Shown: piece by piece, positions 1-8,912 of the stretch | Layout: every line of letters begins with the position of its first letter | How positions within the stretch are numbered: the stretch's first letter is position 1 | Assembly: GCA_902619485.1 (NCBI GenBank) | Contig: CACNEF010000004.1 | Span: 26,021-90,020, forward strand | Length of the DNA stretch: 64,000 bases | Reading direction: 5' to 3' | DNA from: an uncultured SAR116 cluster alpha proteobacterium | Lineage (GTDB): Bacteria; Pseudomonadota; Alphaproteobacteria; Puniceispirillales; Marisalimonadaceae | Position numbers and translations under genes: made by a program | The notes under the pieces: generated by a model | The model's database searches: none | The model's input: only the letters and a program-made list of their open reading frames with translations | Told to the model about the DNA's origin: nothing

Positions 1-210
1 ATTGAATTCACCCCATTTCTTTTTTTCACTGCCATCCTCGTATGCAAGATTTAATTCTTTTTCCGCATTAGCCTGTTCAATTAATCTTTCCATAGCTATG
101 TTATTTAGATCTGGTGGAATAGCGTTTTTAAGTAAACAATAACCCCATTTTTTTAAGTCATTTTTTGCAACTTCTATTGATAATGTTGGCTTTGGATAAT
201 TAAGATTCAT
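1..210 (-). CDS. Phytanoyl-CoA dioxygenase (PhyH)-family protein, N-terminal part (runs off window)
   Basis: Not in ORF track. ATG at 210 with GAGGA RBS; hand translation MNLNYPKPTLSIEVAKNDLKKWGYCLLKNAIPPDLNNIAMERLIEQANAE..., where 'DL..WGYCLLKNAI' resembles the PhyH-family N-terminus; frame open to position 1. Confidence 0.6.
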   Translation of the reverse strand, partial: MNLNYPKPTLSIEVAKNDLKKWGYCLLKNAIPPDLNNIAMERLIEQANAEKELNLAYEDGSEKKKWGEFN

Positions 211-226
211 TTTGATCCTCTTAATC

Positions 227-1111
227 TTATTTTATAAGATTTAAATTAATTAGGGCTTCCCTAACTTTTTCTTTCTGATTATTGGTTGCAGGAGAGGTTG
301 GTCTTCTGGCAAAACCAGTTTCGAGACCTTGTAAACTTTGAGCATATTTACACAGAGATGGCATATTATCTAAGCCAATTGCATCCCATAAAGGCATTAG
401 TTTTTCATGAAGATCCTTTGCAGTTTCCCAATCTTGATCTATGACAGCATTCCATAATTTAACAGATGGACCCGGGGCAGCAGTTAAAATTGCTGCAATT
501 GATCCTGGGGCTCCCAATTTGTATGACAAGTAAAGCAGAGCATCAACAGCACTAAAAATCATATTTTTAGGCTTTGCTCTTCTAATGAGGTCAGCAAAAA
601 GTTTCATATCACCTGCGCTTTGTTTTACCCCTAAAACTCCTGGAACTTCATCCATAATTCTTAATAGTAAATCTGGAGATAAATAGCACCAAGGCACAAC
701 ATTATAAATTAATATTGGTATCTGGCATTCATCATGTATCTCTTTAAAATGTCTTACCATTGCATCATTGTCAGGCCTAAATAAATAGCTTGGTGGTGTT
801 ATTTGAAGGGCTGCAACGTTAAGAGACTTTATTGACTTACCTCTTTCAATTACTTCAGATGTCGAATTCGCAATAATACCAGCAACTAAAGGTACCCTGT
901 CATTTAAAGATGAAGCAGTTTCTGTCATTAGGGATAAATACTCATCTCTGCTTAAAGCATGACCTTCACCTGTACTACCGCCAGCAGCTAAACCATGAAC
1001 ACCATTTTCAATTAACCAATCCACTTGTGGCTTTATCAAAGAAAGATCAATTTCTCCATTTGGCTTAAATGGAGTTGTAAAAGGTGCAATAATTCCTTTT
1101 AATGCATTCAT
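227..1111 (-). CDS. DHDPS/NAL-family class I aldolase
   Basis: GGSTGEG substrate motif, LIYNV catalytic Tyr, GVKQS Schiff-base Lys; start moved to MNALKG (GGAG RBS upstream). Confidence 0.88.
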   Translation of the reverse strand: MNALKGIIAPFTTPFKPNGEIDLSLIKPQVDWLIENGVHGLAAGGSTGEGHALSRDEYLSLMTETASSLNDRVPLVAGIIANSTSEVIERGKSIKSLNVAALQITPPSYLFRPDNDAMVRHFKEIHDECQIPILIYNVVPWCYLSPDLLLRIMDEVPGVLGVKQSAGDMKLFADLIRRAKPKNMIFSAVDALLYLSYKLGAPGSIAAILTAAPGPSVKLWNAVIDQDWETAKDLHEKLMPLWDAIGLDNMPSLCKYAQSLQGLETGFARRPTSPATNNQKEKVREALINLNLIK

Positions 1112-1217
1112 GGTTATCTCCTTAAAAAAATTCACTAGATTTTTTATTATAAATAAACTTTATTAAAAATATAAAGCTAAAAGAACACAATAAATCAGTA
1201 TAGGAAAATATAGATCA

Positions 1218-2174
1218 ATGATAATTGATACAGAAACTGATATTTTTTTAAAAAATCGTATTAAAAATAATTCAAAATTACATCATTTATTAGAACCGGT
1301 TCAATTAAGAACTGAACGTTTGAGACAGTTAAGTGAAGATAATTTAACACCTCCAAAAGTTTATGATGTAGAAAATTTAAAAATAAAAAACCATTTTAAC
1401 AAAGATGTTAAATTAAGATTTTATTTTCCAAGTAACTTCGATAAAAAAACTAAAATTCCAATTATAGTTTTCTTTCATGGAGGAGGATTTGTCATGGGAG
1501 ATTTAGATACTCATGACTTTACTTGCAGATCAATTTGTTTAGAGTCTCAAATGATTGTTGTGGCTGTGGATTATAGTTTGTCTCCAGAATATAAGTTCCC
1601 CTATGCAGTAGAAGAGGTTAAGGATGTTCTAAATAGCCTTGTAAATTTTGAAAACGAATTTTTTATTGATTTTGAAAATATTTTCGTATGTGGGGATAGC
1701 GCTGGCGGTAATTTAGCAACTGTTTTGGCTATTAACTCAAGGGACAAAAAAGTAATTCCGATAAAAGGTCAAATATTGGTATATCCTTGTGTCGATCTAA
1801 CTCTAACAATGAGATCCATGGATATTTTCTTAGAAGGCATGACTTTAACTTTTGATACTATGGACTATTTCGTTAAACATTATCTTAATTCAAGTAATGA
1901 TGCAGTTAACTGGGAAGCATCACCGCTTTTTGCAAAGGATTTACATAATCTACCTGAAACATTTATCTTTGCAGCTGGATTGGATCCTTTGCTAGATGAA
2001 GGAATAGCTTACACAAGCAGATTAAAGGCCTTTGGCAATAAAGTGACTTATAAATTATATCCTGGTCAGATTCATGGTTTTTTGTCCAATTCTGCACATT
2101 TTCCTAAAGCTGCTGAATGTATAAAAGAAATAGGAAAGGCTGCTAATTCAATGGTATTGAATAAGAGAGGTTAA
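1218..2174 (+). CDS. HSL-family alpha/beta hydrolase (Aes-like esterase/lipase)
   Basis: HGGGF oxyanion motif, GDSAGGNL nucleophile elbow, DPLLDE Asp, HGF His. Confidence 0.92.
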   Translation: MIIDTETDIFLKNRIKNNSKLHHLLEPVQLRTERLRQLSEDNLTPPKVYDVENLKIKNHFNKDVKLRFYFPSNFDKKTKIPIIVFFHGGGFVMGDLDTHDFTCRSICLESQMIVVAVDYSLSPEYKFPYAVEEVKDVLNSLVNFENEFFIDFENIFVCGDSAGGNLATVLAINSRDKKVIPIKGQILVYPCVDLTLTMRSMDIFLEGMTLTFDTMDYFVKHYLNSSNDAVNWEASPLFAKDLHNLPETFIFAAGLDPLLDEGIAYTSRLKAFGNKVTYKLYPGQIHGFLSNSAHFPKAAECIKEIGKAANSMVLNKRG

Positions 2175-3059
2175 ATGGAAAAAGTCATTATTTTTGGAGG
2201 ATGTGGTTTTTTAGGAAGCTGGATCGTAAGAGCATTTTTAAAAAAGGGTTATAGTGTTTCAATTTTTGACTTAAAAATCAAAAAAGAATTAGTCAGCCTT
2301 GTTGTTGGTGAAGATTTTAATAAAATCAAATTTATTAATGGTGATATAACAAATTATAATCAGGTCCAAGAAGCAACAAATAATATGGACCATGTTATAA
2401 ATTTAGCTGGGTTAATGACCCCAGATTGTAGTTCAAACCCTATTTTAGGTGCCAAAGTAAATCTCCTCGGCTCAATTAATGTTTTTGAATCTTTGAAAAA
2501 AAATAATATTAAGTTTTTAGTTTATGCAAGCAGTGCAGGTGTTTTTGGGCTAGAAGATCATTATTACCCATTTCCAGAAACTCATTACGGTGCATACAAG
2601 TTGGCGGTTGAGGGGGTTGCAAGGGCGTATTTTAACGAATCTGGTATTTCAAGCGTTGGAATCAGGCCATATGTAATTTATGGGCCAGGAAGAGAAGTTG
2701 GAGGAACTGCAGGGGTAACCTTAGCCTGTAAGGCGGCAAAACAAGGAGAAAGTTACACTGTAAACTTTTCAGGCAAGGTAGGTTTTGTTTATGTTCAAGA
2801 TGTTGCAGATTTAGTTGAAATGTCAATAGACCAAATTCCCTCAGGTGCATTAACTATTAACATAAACGGAATAACAACCGATGTTAGCCATTTTATAAAT
2901 TTAATTAAAAAAAATATACCGCTGGCGAATATAGTTATCAAAGGCAAGCCATTAAGGGTAGTAGATGAAATACGAGGAAATGAGCCCTCTAACATATTTA
3001 AAAAATTTAAGTATACTTCTCTTGAAGATGGGATTAAAAGGACAATCGATTTTTATTAA
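2175..3059 (+). CDS. NAD-dependent epimerase/dehydratase (extended SDR)
   Basis: GGCGFLG Rossmann motif, ASS, YGAYK catalytic motif, YGPG. Confidence 0.88.
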   Translation: MEKVIIFGGCGFLGSWIVRAFLKKGYSVSIFDLKIKKELVSLVVGEDFNKIKFINGDITNYNQVQEATNNMDHVINLAGLMTPDCSSNPILGAKVNLLGSINVFESLKKNNIKFLVYASSAGVFGLEDHYYPFPETHYGAYKLAVEGVARAYFNESGISSVGIRPYVIYGPGREVGGTAGVTLACKAAKQGESYTVNFSGKVGFVYVQDVADLVEMSIDQIPSGALTININGITTDVSHFINLIKKNIPLANIVIKGKPLRVVDEIRGNEPSNIFKKFKYTSLEDGIKRTIDFY

Positions 3060-3082
3060 AACTTAGAAAGAAAAAACAATTT

Positions 3083-3976
3083 ATGCCTTTAAATATTTCT
3101 TCAAATGCAAAGGGCATATTATTTATAATTGCTGCTGTATCATGTTTGTCTGTAATGGATGGTGTTACAAGATACCTAACAGATTATTATAACGTAATAG
3201 CAATTAATATGTTTCGATATTTCTTCTTATTTCTATTTGTAATCTCAATTAACAGTTCAGGAAACAAAAGTGTTATTATGGTTTCAAAAAGTAAGTTTAA
3301 ACTCATACAAATTTTAAGAGGTACTATTCTTGCTGTAGAGATGTGTTTTGCTCACTACCTCTTTTTAAAAATTGGTCTTATAGAGACACATGCTATTTTT
3401 GCAAGTTGTCCTCTAATAGTTGCGGCATTATCAGTAATTTTTTTAGGAGAAAAAGTAGGTTGGAGAAGGTGGAGTGCAATATTTATTGGCTTCATAGGTA
3501 TCTTAATTATGCTTCGGCCAGGTACTAAAGTCTTTGACCCCTTGTCTTTAATAGCATTGGGGTGCGCAATTGCATTCGCTATCTATCAAATTTTAACAAG
3601 ATATGTTTCTAGTGAAGATAATCCTGACACTAGTCTTTTTTATACTGGTATTACAGGATTTGTAATATTAGGCTCCGTAGGGCCTTTCTTTTACACACAG
3701 GTTGATAACGCGCATTGGATATGGTTGTTACTAGTTTGCATGCTTGGAGCTGGAGGGCATTTTTTGATGATAAATGCATTCAAACATAGTGAGGCTTCAA
3801 TATTACAGCCATTTACGTATCTGCAGTTAGTTTTTGTTTCTATAATTGGTGTATTACTGTTTAATGAGAAACTGGAAAGTGAAATAGTCATAGGATCATT
3901 AATTGTAATTTCAGCAGGGCTATTCACTTTTTGGAGAGAGTATATAAAAAACCAAATTAATGAGGGGATTAATTAA
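3083..3976 (+). CDS. DMT (EamA) family transporter
   Basis: About 10 hydrophobic helices, LGEKVGWRRW motif, duplicated EamA pattern. Confidence 0.9.
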   Translation: MPLNISSNAKGILFIIAAVSCLSVMDGVTRYLTDYYNVIAINMFRYFFLFLFVISINSSGNKSVIMVSKSKFKLIQILRGTILAVEMCFAHYLFLKIGLIETHAIFASCPLIVAALSVIFLGEKVGWRRWSAIFIGFIGILIMLRPGTKVFDPLSLIALGCAIAFAIYQILTRYVSSEDNPDTSLFYTGITGFVILGSVGPFFYTQVDNAHWIWLLLVCMLGAGGHFLMINAFKHSEASILQPFTYLQLVFVSIIGVLLFNEKLESEIVIGSLIVISAGLFTFWREYIKNQINEGIN

Positions 3977-4786
3977 TTGTCTAAATATAAATATAAAAAT
4001 ATTCTTTTAACTGGTGCTGCTGGGGCCTTAGGCAATCAACTAAGGGAAACCTTAACTAAAGAATGTGATTCGCTTAAAATTTCTGACAAGGTAAATTTAG
4101 AAAAAAAATTTCATAATGAGAAAGTTGAAATTGCCGATCTTGCTTCAACAGAAGCAATGTTAAAATTAACTAAAGATATAGACTGCATAGTTCATATGGG
4201 TGGTCAAAGTATAGAAGGTTCTTGGGATAATGTTTTAAATTCAAACATTATAGGCATGTATAATTTATATGAAGCATGCAGAAAAAATAAAATTAAAAGA
4301 GTTATTTGGGCTAGTTCAGTTCATACAGTTGGTTTTTATCCAAGATCCGAAGTTATAGATAGTAAAGCAATGCCTAGACCAGATAGCAATTATGGTTTGT
4401 CAAAAGTCTTTGGAGAGTCCTTGGCTCAGTATTATTGGGACAAATACAAACTAGAAACTGTGTCTGTAAGAATTTACTCATGTGTTCCTGAGCCTAAAGA
4501 TCATAGAATGCTCTCAACATGGTTAAGCTATGATGATTTGAGGAGTCTTATTATTGCGTGTATAAATAGCCCTAATGTACAACACTCTGTAATTTTTGGA
4601 GTATCAAATAACGATTCGGTGTTAATCGATAACAAACATGCCAAACACATTGGTTATAAGCCAAAAGATAATGCAGAAAAATTCAGAAGTTTAATTGAAA
4701 AAAAAGACGGATTTATTGATTCTACAGATTCTTTAGTTACAACTCATGGTGGTTATTTTGCTTCTTCAGGTCACTTTGATGATTAA
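3977..4786 (+). CDS. Uronate dehydrogenase-like NAD-dependent oxidoreductase
   Basis: LLTGAAGALG, ASSVHTVGFY, RPDSNYGLSKVFGE, RMLSTWLS match Udh-type SDRs; TTG start with GAGGGG RBS. Confidence 0.75.
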   Translation: MSKYKYKNILLTGAAGALGNQLRETLTKECDSLKISDKVNLEKKFHNEKVEIADLASTEAMLKLTKDIDCIVHMGGQSIEGSWDNVLNSNIIGMYNLYEACRKNKIKRVIWASSVHTVGFYPRSEVIDSKAMPRPDSNYGLSKVFGESLAQYYWDKYKLETVSVRIYSCVPEPKDHRMLSTWLSYDDLRSLIIACINSPNVQHSVIFGVSNNDSVLIDNKHAKHIGYKPKDNAEKFRSLIEKKDGFIDSTDSLVTTHGGYFASSGHFDD

Positions 4787-5146
4787 ATCAACCATAAAAT
4801 GGCACCCAAATTTTAGTTTTTATAAAAAACACTAATAATCAAAGACTTGCAGGTATAATTTTTCTTAATTCTAATTAACTAAAAAAAATTTTAATTAAAT
4901 TATATCTGTCTATTATCTAATCAAAATATACATTATAACTATATTGGTTCATATTTTAGGCAGAACAAAAAGAAAGTCTGTCAAGTAAAAAAAAATAATT
5001 GAAATTTTATAAGTTTTTTCTTGCCTTTATTCAAATAATTAAGAAAGATACGAATCAGTTGAGAAACATACGTTTCTTTTAATTCGACTTTATGATTTGT
5101 TTTTATCACTTCATTTAGTCTATTTACAATACTAGGGAGGAATTTT

Positions 5147-6205
5147 ATGAAATTCAAATCAAGCCTTTTTGTAGGCGCTGTAGCTTTAGCTGCAACTAGT
5201 TTAGTAGCTGTTTCAGCAAATGCTGACAAGCTACGTTGGAAAATGCAAAGTACTTGGGGTAGCCAGGTTGCAATCAACGGTGAAGCTGCTGTTTATTTTT
5301 CCAACAAAGTTAAGTCAATCTCAGGTGGCGACGTTCAGTTGAGATTTCACGAGCCAAACGCTCTAGTTCCTTCATTAGAAGTTTGGGATGCTGTTAAGAA
5401 TGGATCAGTAGATGCAGGTTACACAACACCTGGATATCATGCTGGTAAAATCCCTGCAGTTTCTTACTTCACAGCTGTTCCTTTTGGTCCAGGTGCTAGT
5501 GAGTACCATGGTTGGATGGAATATGGCGGAGGTCAGCAGTTAAAAGACAGAATTTATGGTGAGTATGGTCTTAAAGCTCTTAACTGTTTAACTCACGCCC
5601 CTGAGACATCAGGTTGGTTTAGAAAGAAAATCAACAATGTTGAAGAGTTAAAAGGTATGAAAATGCGTTTCTTTGGTCTTGGTGCTATGGTTATGAGTAA
5701 ATTAGGTGTGTCAACACAGTTACTTGCAGGTGGAGATATTTATCCAGCTCTAGAAAAAGGTGTTATTGATGCAACAGAATTTTCTATGCCTACACACGAC
5801 TTAAGTTATGGTTTCTATCAATTAGCAAAGTTCAACTATTTCCCAGGCTGGCACCAGCAAACATCAATTGGTGAGCTACTAATGAGCACCAAAGGGTGGG
5901 GTGGTCTTACTAAGACACAACAAGCAGTTATCAATACAGCATGTCGTGACACAATGTGGTGGGCTTTAGTTAGATCTGATGCTAAGCAAGTACCTGCTAT
6001 GGCAGAACTAGAGAAAAAAGGTGTTACATTTGTAACTTGGCCTGACTCTGAAATTTCTAAGTTCAAGAGAGCTTGGGATGCTGTTGTTGAGGAGAAGTCA
6101 GCATCTGACCCTCTTTTCAAAGAAATTACTGCTAGCTATAACAAGTTCAGAGAAGACTACAGTATTTGGTCATCAAGAGCTTATCTAAAAGCTAAAAAGT
6201 ACTAA
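5147..6205 (+). CDS. TRAP transporter substrate-binding protein DctP (TakP/keto-acid-binding type)
   Basis: Signal peptide, WKMQSTW, PFGP, GWFRK, LKGMKMR, LEKGVIDATEF, YFPGWHQ; strong GGGAGG RBS. Confidence 0.93.
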   Translation: MKFKSSLFVGAVALAATSLVAVSANADKLRWKMQSTWGSQVAINGEAAVYFSNKVKSISGGDVQLRFHEPNALVPSLEVWDAVKNGSVDAGYTTPGYHAGKIPAVSYFTAVPFGPGASEYHGWMEYGGGQQLKDRIYGEYGLKALNCLTHAPETSGWFRKKINNVEELKGMKMRFFGLGAMVMSKLGVSTQLLAGGDIYPALEKGVIDATEFSMPTHDLSYGFYQLAKFNYFPGWHQQTSIGELLMSTKGWGGLTKTQQAVINTACRDTMWWALVRSDAKQVPAMAELEKKGVTFVTWPDSEISKFKRAWDAVVEEKSASDPLFKEITASYNKFREDYSIWSSRAYLKAKKY

Positions 6206-6222
6206 CAATATTACTTAATTTT

Positions 6223-6264
6223 AAGTACACTTGTTATTTATGGTAACAAGTGTATTTTTTTTTT
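6223..6264 (+). terminator. Rho-independent terminator/stabilising hairpin after dctP
   Basis: tacacttgtta (6226-6236) pairs with taacaagtgta (6244-6254), followed by a long T run. Confidence 0.8.
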
Positions 6265-6336
6265 GATAAATAAATTGAATTTTTGTATTTAATAAGTTAA
6301 TTAAAATTACTTATTGTCTACTTTCTGGGGGGAATA

Positions 6337-6948
6337 ATGGCACTTACAGAACAAAATATGGAAGGCCTAATTTCAGTTAGCGAAAAACTTCGTGAAGTTG
6401 TAAATAGAGTCGGACGAGCTAGTACATGGTTGTTAGTACCTTTAGTGATAATTACAATGTGGGATGTAGTTGCCAGAAAATTAGTTTGGATACAGATTTG
6501 GATGGTGGCTAATTTTGGCTCTTTCTTTGAATCAACTCTAATGCAAGAAATGGAATGGCACCTTCATACGGTCGTTTTTTGTTTAGTTTTGGGTTATGGA
6601 TATACTCACAATAGGCATGTAAGAGTGGATTTTCTAAGAGAAAATTTTAACTTTCAATCAAAGGCGAAAGTAGAATTTTATGGAAATATATTTTTTATGC
6701 TGCCATTCACACTTATTTGTGTATATTTTTCTTGGATTTATATGGTTGATTCATACATAATTAAGGAAGTATCCGCTTCACTAGTTGGTTTAAGTAATAG
6801 ATGGATTATAAAAACATTCTTGCCTATTGGATATTTCTTTTTATTCCTGGGTGGAATGTCAGTTATGATACAATTAATCGCTGTAATTTGGGGCGATAAT
6901 AAAAAGAAACTTGATCTTATGGTACTTGATTATGATAAAAGTAAGTAA
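6337..6948 (+). CDS. TRAP transporter small permease DctQ
   Basis: QEMEWHL, HVRVD motifs, about 4 TM helices, RWIIK. Confidence 0.92.
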   Translation: MALTEQNMEGLISVSEKLREVVNRVGRASTWLLVPLVIITMWDVVARKLVWIQIWMVANFGSFFESTLMQEMEWHLHTVVFCLVLGYGYTHNRHVRVDFLRENFNFQSKAKVEFYGNIFFMLPFTLICVYFSWIYMVDSYIIKEVSASLVGLSNRWIIKTFLPIGYFFLFLGGMSVMIQLIAVIWGDNKKKLDLMVLDYDKSK

Positions 6949-6988
6949 GATTAAAAAATTATTTACCAAGATTTATACGAGATAAATA

Positions 6989-7465
6989 ATGTGGTTTTCA
7001 AAAATTCCAGGATATATTTTTGATAAACAAAAAACACCGTACTTAACTGAAGCTAAGGAACTAAGTTTGGCTCAATCTCAATATGAGTTGACTGCTTACG
7101 GAGTGTTTGTTGGAACTATTTATGGAATTATTGGATTAGCAGCAATGTTATCAATATTTGAAGGTAACAATTGGATTTACTATATCTGGTTATTAGCTTC
7201 TGTTTCAGTAATTTATTCGATATTTAGCGTCATACGAAATTATGAATTATTTTCATCTTATATAATTTCTTTGGCTCCGTCTGTTATAGTATTATTCTGC
7301 TTCTACGAAGCGATTATAAAAAATTCATCTTTATTAACTATGTCTATTTTTGTTTGTTTGCTTCTTCTCTCGCTTAAATATGGCTGGAGAATTTCAAGGA
7401 TAGTTGCTTGGCAAAGATATACTGGAGAATATGAAAATTATAATTTTAAAAAAGAGAAAGCATAG
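6989..7465 (+). CDS. Uncharacterised 4-TM membrane protein inside the TRAP operon
   Basis: 158 aa ORF with four hydrophobic segments, lying between dctQ and dctM and ending 8 bp before dctM. Confidence 0.75.
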   Translation: MWFSKIPGYIFDKQKTPYLTEAKELSLAQSQYELTAYGVFVGTIYGIIGLAAMLSIFEGNNWIYYIWLLASVSVIYSIFSVIRNYELFSSYIISLAPSVIVLFCFYEAIIKNSSLLTMSIFVCLLLLSLKYGWRISRIVAWQRYTGEYENYNFKKEKA

Positions 7466-7473
7466 GTGCAGTT

Positions 7474-8865
7474 ATGGATTTTGTTGATATTATTATAGAA
7501 TATCTCCCAATTTTTATGTTCCTTACGATGGGTGTACTTTTATTTATTGGATATCCTGTTGGTTTCATACTTGGTGGTGTAGCTATAACTTACGGATTTA
7601 TAGGTTATCTATTTGGAGTTTTCAAAATTGCAGAATTTTTTAACTTTGTTCCTCGAATGTGGGGGTTTTCTGCAGAAAACCTAATATTAGTAGCAATACC
7701 AAGCTTTGTTTTTATGGGAACCATGATGGAAAGAAGTGGTATTGCTAATGACTTATTAAGAACAACACAGATTTTACTTAGAAAAGTTCCTGGTGGATTG
7801 GCTATGTCTGTGACAGTTATGGGTACGGTTTTGGCAGCTATGACTGGTATCATTGGTGCTTCAGTTACTATGATGACAGCGCTAGCATTACCTACAATGT
7901 TAAAAAATAAATATAGCCATGCACTTTCTACTGGAGTAATTGCTGCATCAGGTACTCTAGGAATACTTATTCCTCCAAGCATTATGTTAATTATTATGGC
8001 TGACATTATGCAGGTTTCTGTTGGAAACTTGTTTATGGGAGCAGTTATCCCTGGATTAACATTGGCTTTAATGTATTTAGTATTTATTTTTGTATGGTGC
8101 TCTATTGACCGAAATGTTGCGCCAGCCCTAAAAGAAGGTGATTTGGAATATGAAAAGGGTAAATTACCCCAAATGGTCTTAAAGGCATTTCTACCCCCAG
8201 TTGCATTGATTGTTCTTATCAAGGGTTCAATTTTGCTTGGATGGGCAACACCTAGTGAAGCTGGTGCAGTTGGAGCTTTTGGAGCAACTATATTAGCTAT
8301 AATTGGAAATAAATTCACTATACCTATGTTAAGGAGTGTTTTGCATTCCTCTGGTCTGACTATTTCTATGGTCTTTATGATCATTTTAAGTGCTACATGT
8401 TTTGCGTATGTGTTTAGATCGCTTGGTGGAGACTATATTGTGGAGGAGCTTATCGAAAAGGCTGGTCTTGGATCTTGGGGTTTATTATTTCTTTTAATGG
8501 GAATGACATTTTTACTTGGATTTTTCCTAGATTGGGTTGAAATCACTTTAATTATTCTTCCAATATTCGCTCCACTTGTGGTTCTACTGGATTTTGGTGA
8601 TCATGTTTCGCAATTAACTGGCCTTGACGGTCGTAAAGAAACTATGGTGTGGTTTTTAGTCTTGATGGCGATTAACCTTCAAACTTCATTTCTTACACCA
8701 CCATTTGGTTTTGCCCTATTTTACTTAAAAGGGGTTGCCCCTCCTGAAGTTGCTACATTAAGTATTTATAGAGGTGTTATACCTTTCGTTATTATACAGT
8801 TAATAGGTCTAGGCTTCGTTATATACCAGCCAGAAATGGCTTTGTGGCTGCCACGACTAATTTAG
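7474..8865 (+). CDS. TRAP transporter large permease DctM
   Basis: GTLGILIPPSI, ATPSEA, LQTSFLTPPFG motifs. Confidence 0.95.
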   Translation: MDFVDIIIEYLPIFMFLTMGVLLFIGYPVGFILGGVAITYGFIGYLFGVFKIAEFFNFVPRMWGFSAENLILVAIPSFVFMGTMMERSGIANDLLRTTQILLRKVPGGLAMSVTVMGTVLAAMTGIIGASVTMMTALALPTMLKNKYSHALSTGVIAASGTLGILIPPSIMLIIMADIMQVSVGNLFMGAVIPGLTLALMYLVFIFVWCSIDRNVAPALKEGDLEYEKGKLPQMVLKAFLPPVALIVLIKGSILLGWATPSEAGAVGAFGATILAIIGNKFTIPMLRSVLHSSGLTISMVFMIILSATCFAYVFRSLGGDYIVEELIEKAGLGSWGLLFLLMGMTFLLGFFLDWVEITLIILPIFAPLVVLLDFGDHVSQLTGLDGRKETMVWFLVLMAINLQTSFLTPPFGFALFYLKGVAPPEVATLSIYRGVIPFVIIQLIGLGFVIYQPEMALWLPRLI

Positions 8866-8873
8866 AAATTAAC

Positions 8874-8901
8874 AAAAGCCGCATCTTGATGCGGTTTTTT
8901 T
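8874..8901 (+). terminator. Rho-independent terminator after dctM
   Basis: aaaagccgcatc-tt-gatgcggttttttt GC-rich hairpin with T tail. Confidence 0.8.
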
Positions 8902-8912
8902 AGGATCAATAA

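Noticed and set aside
227-1111. Calling the aldolase dapA
   Set aside because: Catabolic context and divergent motifs (GVKQS, YNVVP) suggest a non-DapA family member
4981-5277. 98-aa minus-strand ORF across the dctP leader
   Set aside because: Overlaps the dctP signal peptide antisense; no motif support
7605-8384. 259-aa antisense ORF inside dctM (likewise 19580-20005, 22119-22448, 24974-25270, 38818-39129 and other short track ORFs)
   Set aside because: Shadow frames of well-supported genes; no recognisable motifs
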